Positions 24,198-26,762 of a DNA stretch of 26,762 nucleotides are shown here, piece by piece (the stretch's first letter is position 1; every line of letters starts with the position of its first letter). Below the pieces are notes generated by a model. It saw nothing but the letters and a program-made list of their open reading frames with translations, searched no databases and was not told the origin of the DNA. This stretch comes from Patescibacteria group bacterium (GTDB taxonomy: Bacteria > Patescibacteriota > Minisyncoccia > Phycocordibacterales > Zambryskibacteraceae), in contig JBBUAI010000013.1 of the NCBI GenBank assembly GCA_038058745.1, positions 1 through 26,762 on the forward strand. Direction: 5' to 3'. Made by a program: the position numbers and the translations under genes.

Positions 24198-24216
24198 CAT
24201 GTCAAAAATTTCTATA

Positions 24217-24254
24217 CTACATTTTAATAATGCTATAGCATCCTTATAATGTAT
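24217..24254. repeat. Palindromic element copy B: CTACATTTTAATAAT-GCTATAGC-ATCCTTATAATGTA
   Basis: Direct repeat of copy C at about 80% identity, with the same gctatagcatc core and the same flank lengths. Abuts the stop codon of the wHTH/Cas2-like gene. Confidence 0.55.
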
Positions 24255-24824
24255 TTAGATAAGATTGAAATCCATCCGTAAATACTTGTCGTTTTCTATT
24301 TGGTCCACTATCATGTAAAGCAAATTCTTTCCTATACCTAGATCAGTTTTCATCAAGCCCATAACATCTTCGCAATCGTAAGGATAAACCCAAACGCTGT
24401 CTTGTAGCCGGATGAATCCTGTGGCTGAAAGTATTTTTCTAACCCGTTCTCGCATTTTCTTTTTCTTCTCCGGAATGTCGAAGATTATCACTCGCCACTT
24501 TTTATCCCATCTTTTTGGACGTTTAATTCGATAGTTAGACATTTGCCATTGATCTAATATTTTTGTTCCGGCTGCAGTAGGAGAATAATGCCCGTTCTCA
24601 AATATAAGCAATCCTTTTCGGCTTAAGCGACTTGCGGCAGATTTCACTATCTCACTTTTTCTTGGAGAAGTAGCGGAGAAATCAGTATCGAGCAGGGAGT
24701 CTATTACTTGTTTTGCTAGCATATCTCCTCCTATTCTTCCGCTAGAAACAATAACTAAAAGAATTGCCTCCTGCATTTTTGTTCTTCTTAAATTTTTTCT
24801 AGTTGCTTCCTCGAGATTTCCCAT
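24255..24824 (-). CDS. Hypothetical regulator-like protein: N-terminal winged-helix-like region plus a C-terminal segment resembling the Cas2/VapD beta-alpha-beta core
   Basis: C-terminal 'WRVIIFDIPEKKKKMRERVRKILSATGFIRLQDSVWVYP' resembles the Cas2 N-terminal core as recalled from memory ('hhVhV.YDIs.dkRRrKlaKlL.dyG.RvQ.SVFEc'). N-terminal 'EIVKSAASRLSRKGLLIFENG' looks like a wHTH recognition helix plus wing. About 38% GC. Flanked by palindromic copies B and C. The start may be Met1 or Met17. Confidence 0.55.
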   Translation of the reverse strand: MGNLEEATRKNLRRTKMQEAILLVIVSSGRIGGDMLAKQVIDSLLDTDFSATSPRKSEIVKSAASRLSRKGLLIFENGHYSPTAAGTKILDQWQMSNYRIKRPKRWDKKWRVIIFDIPEKKKKMRERVRKILSATGFIRLQDSVWVYPYDCEDVMGLMKTDLGIGKNLLYMIVDQIENDKYLRMDFNLI

Positions 24825-24841
24825 TTTTAGTTACTATTCTA

Positions 24842-24879
24842 CTACATAATAATAAAGCTATAGCATCGTTATTATGTTT
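24842..24879. repeat. Palindromic element copy C: CTACATAATAATAAA-GCTATAGC-ATCGTTATTATGTTTA
   Basis: 8-bp inverted arms cataataa / ttattatg placed symmetrically around gctatagc. It lies 18 nt upstream of the wHTH/Cas2-like start, over its presumed promoter (TAGAAT 13 nt upstream of the ATG). Confidence 0.55.
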
Positions 24880-24901
24880 AACGTGTGCTTGCTATTTGTA
24901 C

Positions 24902-26128
24902 TTATTTTCTCTCTTTTATCTCGTCTTTAAGTTTGATAATCAAATCGTCGGGAGACATTTGGCCCAAGTTTCCGGCATCTCGGCTTTCGACAGAGACTTT
25001 CTTATCAGCCACTTCCTTGTCTCCGATGACGAGGGCGTAGGGAACTTTCTCTATTTTGAAATTACGGATCTTCTTGCTTAGAGTTTCGTTTGACACATCC
25101 ATCTCCACTCTCATATTAGCTGCTTTAAGCTTATCCATTACTTCGGTGGCGTAGAGGAAGTGAGTTTCGCCAATAGGCAAGATTTTCACTTGTACTGGAG
25201 CGAGCCAGAGAGGGAAGGCGCCAGCGTATTTCTCGATTAAAAAGGCCATGAATCTTTCTATCGTTCCAACCGAAGAACGGTGAATAACGAATGCACGATG
25301 TTTCTTGCCATCTTCACCAATGTAAGAGAGATCGAACCTGTCAGGCATACAGAAATCGTACTGGACAGTAAATGCCGTATCTTCTTTGCCATTCACGTTT
25401 TTTATCTGAATGTCAATCTTCGGTCCATAGAAAGCCGCCTCACCCTTAGCTTCCTCGAATTCACCTACACGCTTCTTTAGAAGTTGTCGCAGAAGCTGCT
25501 CACTTTTCTCCCAAGCTTTATCATTTTTGTAATATTTCTCAGTGTTACTCCTATCGCCCATAGATAATCTGTAACGATAATCTCTGCCAAGCTCAAGCCC
25601 AAAGACGCTAGCCACATACTCTATAAGATCCAAGGCCTTACTGGCTTCTTCTACAGCCTGCTCCTCAGATGCGCAGATGATATGAGCATCAGAAAGGCAC
25701 ATAGCTCTAGTTCTCTGAAGGCCCATAAGCTCTCCTGATTGCTCGTAGCGATAGAGTTTTGCCCATTCAGCAATACGCATCGGAAGGTCTTTATAGCTTC
25801 TGGGTCTACTTAAATACATCTCAAAATGATGCGGGCAAGTCATTGGACGAAGTATAAATTCCTCATCATCTATAACAATAGGAGCATACATACTGTCCTG
25901 GTAATGAGGATAGTGACCAGATTTCTTATATAAATCTAACTTTGCGATATCGGGAGTGTAGACATGCATATAACCGCGTAACGTTTCTTCCTCAACAATA
26001 AATTTCTCGATCTCGCGCCTGATGATCGAACCTTTAGGCAGCCAGAGGGGGAGCCCTTTACCCACGGTATCCGAGAAGGTAAAAAGCTCCAGCTCTTTAC
26101 CTAACTTCTTATGGTCCCTTTCTTCCAT
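24902..26128 (-). CDS. thrS: Threonyl-tRNA synthetase, catalytic core plus anticodon-binding domain only (no TGS or editing N-domains)
   Basis: 'RDHKKLGKELELF', 'PMTCPHH', 'TRAMCLSDAHIIC', 'FYGPKIDIQI', 'QYDFCMPDRF' and 'HRSSVGTIERFMAFLIEKYAGAFPLWLAPVQVKILPI' match the ThrRS class II core and anticodon-binding domain. 408 aa. Confidence 0.9.
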   Translation of the reverse strand: MEERDHKKLGKELELFTFSDTVGKGLPLWLPKGSIIRREIEKFIVEEETLRGYMHVYTPDIAKLDLYKKSGHYPHYQDSMYAPIVIDDEEFILRPMTCPHHFEMYLSRPRSYKDLPMRIAEWAKLYRYEQSGELMGLQRTRAMCLSDAHIICASEEQAVEEASKALDLIEYVASVFGLELGRDYRYRLSMGDRSNTEKYYKNDKAWEKSEQLLRQLLKKRVGEFEEAKGEAAFYGPKIDIQIKNVNGKEDTAFTVQYDFCMPDRFDLSYIGEDGKKHRAFVIHRSSVGTIERFMAFLIEKYAGAFPLWLAPVQVKILPIGETHFLYATEVMDKLKAANMRVEMDVSNETLSKKIRNFKIEKVPYALVIGDKEVADKKVSVESRDAGNLGQMSPDDLIIKLKDEIKERK

Positions 26129-26138
26129 TTCTCTAATC

Positions 26139-26762
26139 TTACAGGGCCTTTATCTTCTCGGCAATGAAGGATGTTTCGCCTTTGCGTTTCGAAACCTTAC
26201 CTTTGATGGCGATGCAGGCGTCCGGGTAGACATACTCACGGAATTCAGAGAGTACTCTCGGGAAGACGGCTACCTCGGTTGAGCCGGAGAGGTCCGCGAG
26301 CTTCATGAAGACCATGCGCTCGTTGTTCTTCGTAAGGACATCGCGCGCGCCTTCGACCATGCCACCAATGACGGTGACAGCGCCTTCGGGCAAATCTTTG
26401 AGCTTGGCGATATTCATATCCTTTGAAAGAAACTTTTCCTTATGCGCTTCGAGTGGATGGCCGGAAATGTAGAGCCCTAAAAGTTCTTTTTCCCAACCAA
26501 GCTTCTCCCTCAGAGAAGTTGGTTGCCCTGAGCTTATTCGAAGGGCAGGCAGCGATTCGGTGGTAAAGAGAGAGCTCTGATTGTCCGAGGTGTTCATTCT
26601 TTCTTTGTGGTAGGAAAGAAGAGCATTAAGATTGGCAAGCAGGAGCCCGCGTTCTTCAAATTCATCCAAGGCGCCAGATTTTATAAGTGCCTCGAGCGAT
26701 TTCTTGTTTAAATTTTTGTCTTTGATGCGGTCGAGGAAGTCAGCCAGATTCTTGAACTTGCC
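26139..26762 (-). CDS. dnaE: DNA polymerase III alpha subunit, C-terminal part (gene continues beyond the window end)
   Basis: 'KELLGLYISGHPL' and the OB-fold 'ERMVFMKLADLSGSTEVAVFPRVL'. The frame stays open upstream of the TTG at 26669 to the window edge (...LADFLDRIKDKNLNKKSLEALIKSGALDEF). Confidence 0.85.
   Translation of the reverse strand, partial: GKFKNLADFLDRIKDKNLNKKSLEALIKSGALDEFEERGLLLANLNALLSYHKERMNTSDNQSSLFTTESLPALRISSGQPTSLREKLGWEKELLGLYISGHPLEAHKEKFLSKDMNIAKLKDLPEGAVTVIGGMVEGARDVLTKNNERMVFMKLADLSGSTEVAVFPRVLSEFREYVYPDACIAIKGKVSKRKGETSFIAEKIKAL

Noticed and set aside
24255-24879. Possibility of a CRISPR-Cas locus because of the Cas2-like segment
   Set aside because: There is no repeat-spacer array anywhere in the window. 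The only repeats nearby are two palindromic copies about 600 bp apart. There is no cas1 or other cas gene. The Cas2-like region is the C-terminal half of a larger protein. It is reported as Cas2-fold-like, not as a CRISPR system.

Overview
The window is a gene-dense stretch of housekeeping genes from a bacterium of roughly 50% GC. Its gene architecture is consistent with a small-genome, CPR/Parcubacteria-like lineage, but that is inference from truncated ThrRS, an editing-domain-less ProRS, class-I LysRS and few Shine-Dalgarno sites. I found no tRNA, no rRNA and no CRISPR array.

Gene content, in order:
- lepB, pth, a 76-aa coupled ORF and a TlyA-type methyltransferase lacking the S4 domain.
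- rpsA on the minus strand.
- a degenerate MBL-like hypothetical and a small membrane protein.
- gyrA.
- an orphan TM-anchored MalE-like solute-binding protein.
- a tandem array of six small two-TM (VirB2/TrbC-like) paralogs, interrupted by an AT-rich GIY-YIG cassette with ~22-bp terminal inverted repeats.
- a 3-TM proline-tailed membrane protein, an SPFH/band-7 protein and a GC-rich orphan gene.
- LOG, FKBP, holB-like, frr, rseP, proS, mreB-mreC-mreD-PBP2, greA and class-I lysK.
- a small anchored protein, a wHTH/Cas2-like gene, catalytic-core-only thrS, and the 3' end of dnaE.

Signals not explained by the genes:
- A four-copy family of ~38-bp palindromic elements (ACAT-arm / sCTATAGs core / ATGT-arm). 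One pair brackets rpsA and the other pair brackets the wHTH + Cas2-like gene, which is itself AT-rich. This is my best candidate for an undescribed regulatory or mobile system.
- A compact orphan transcription unit (consensus promoter, SD, 50-codon ORF, intrinsic terminator) upstream of rpsA.
- A duplicated stop-to-start junction motif with a T7-promoter-like core.
- An intragenic GC discontinuity in proS.
- Widespread -10-like hexamers immediately upstream of start codons that lack SD sequences.
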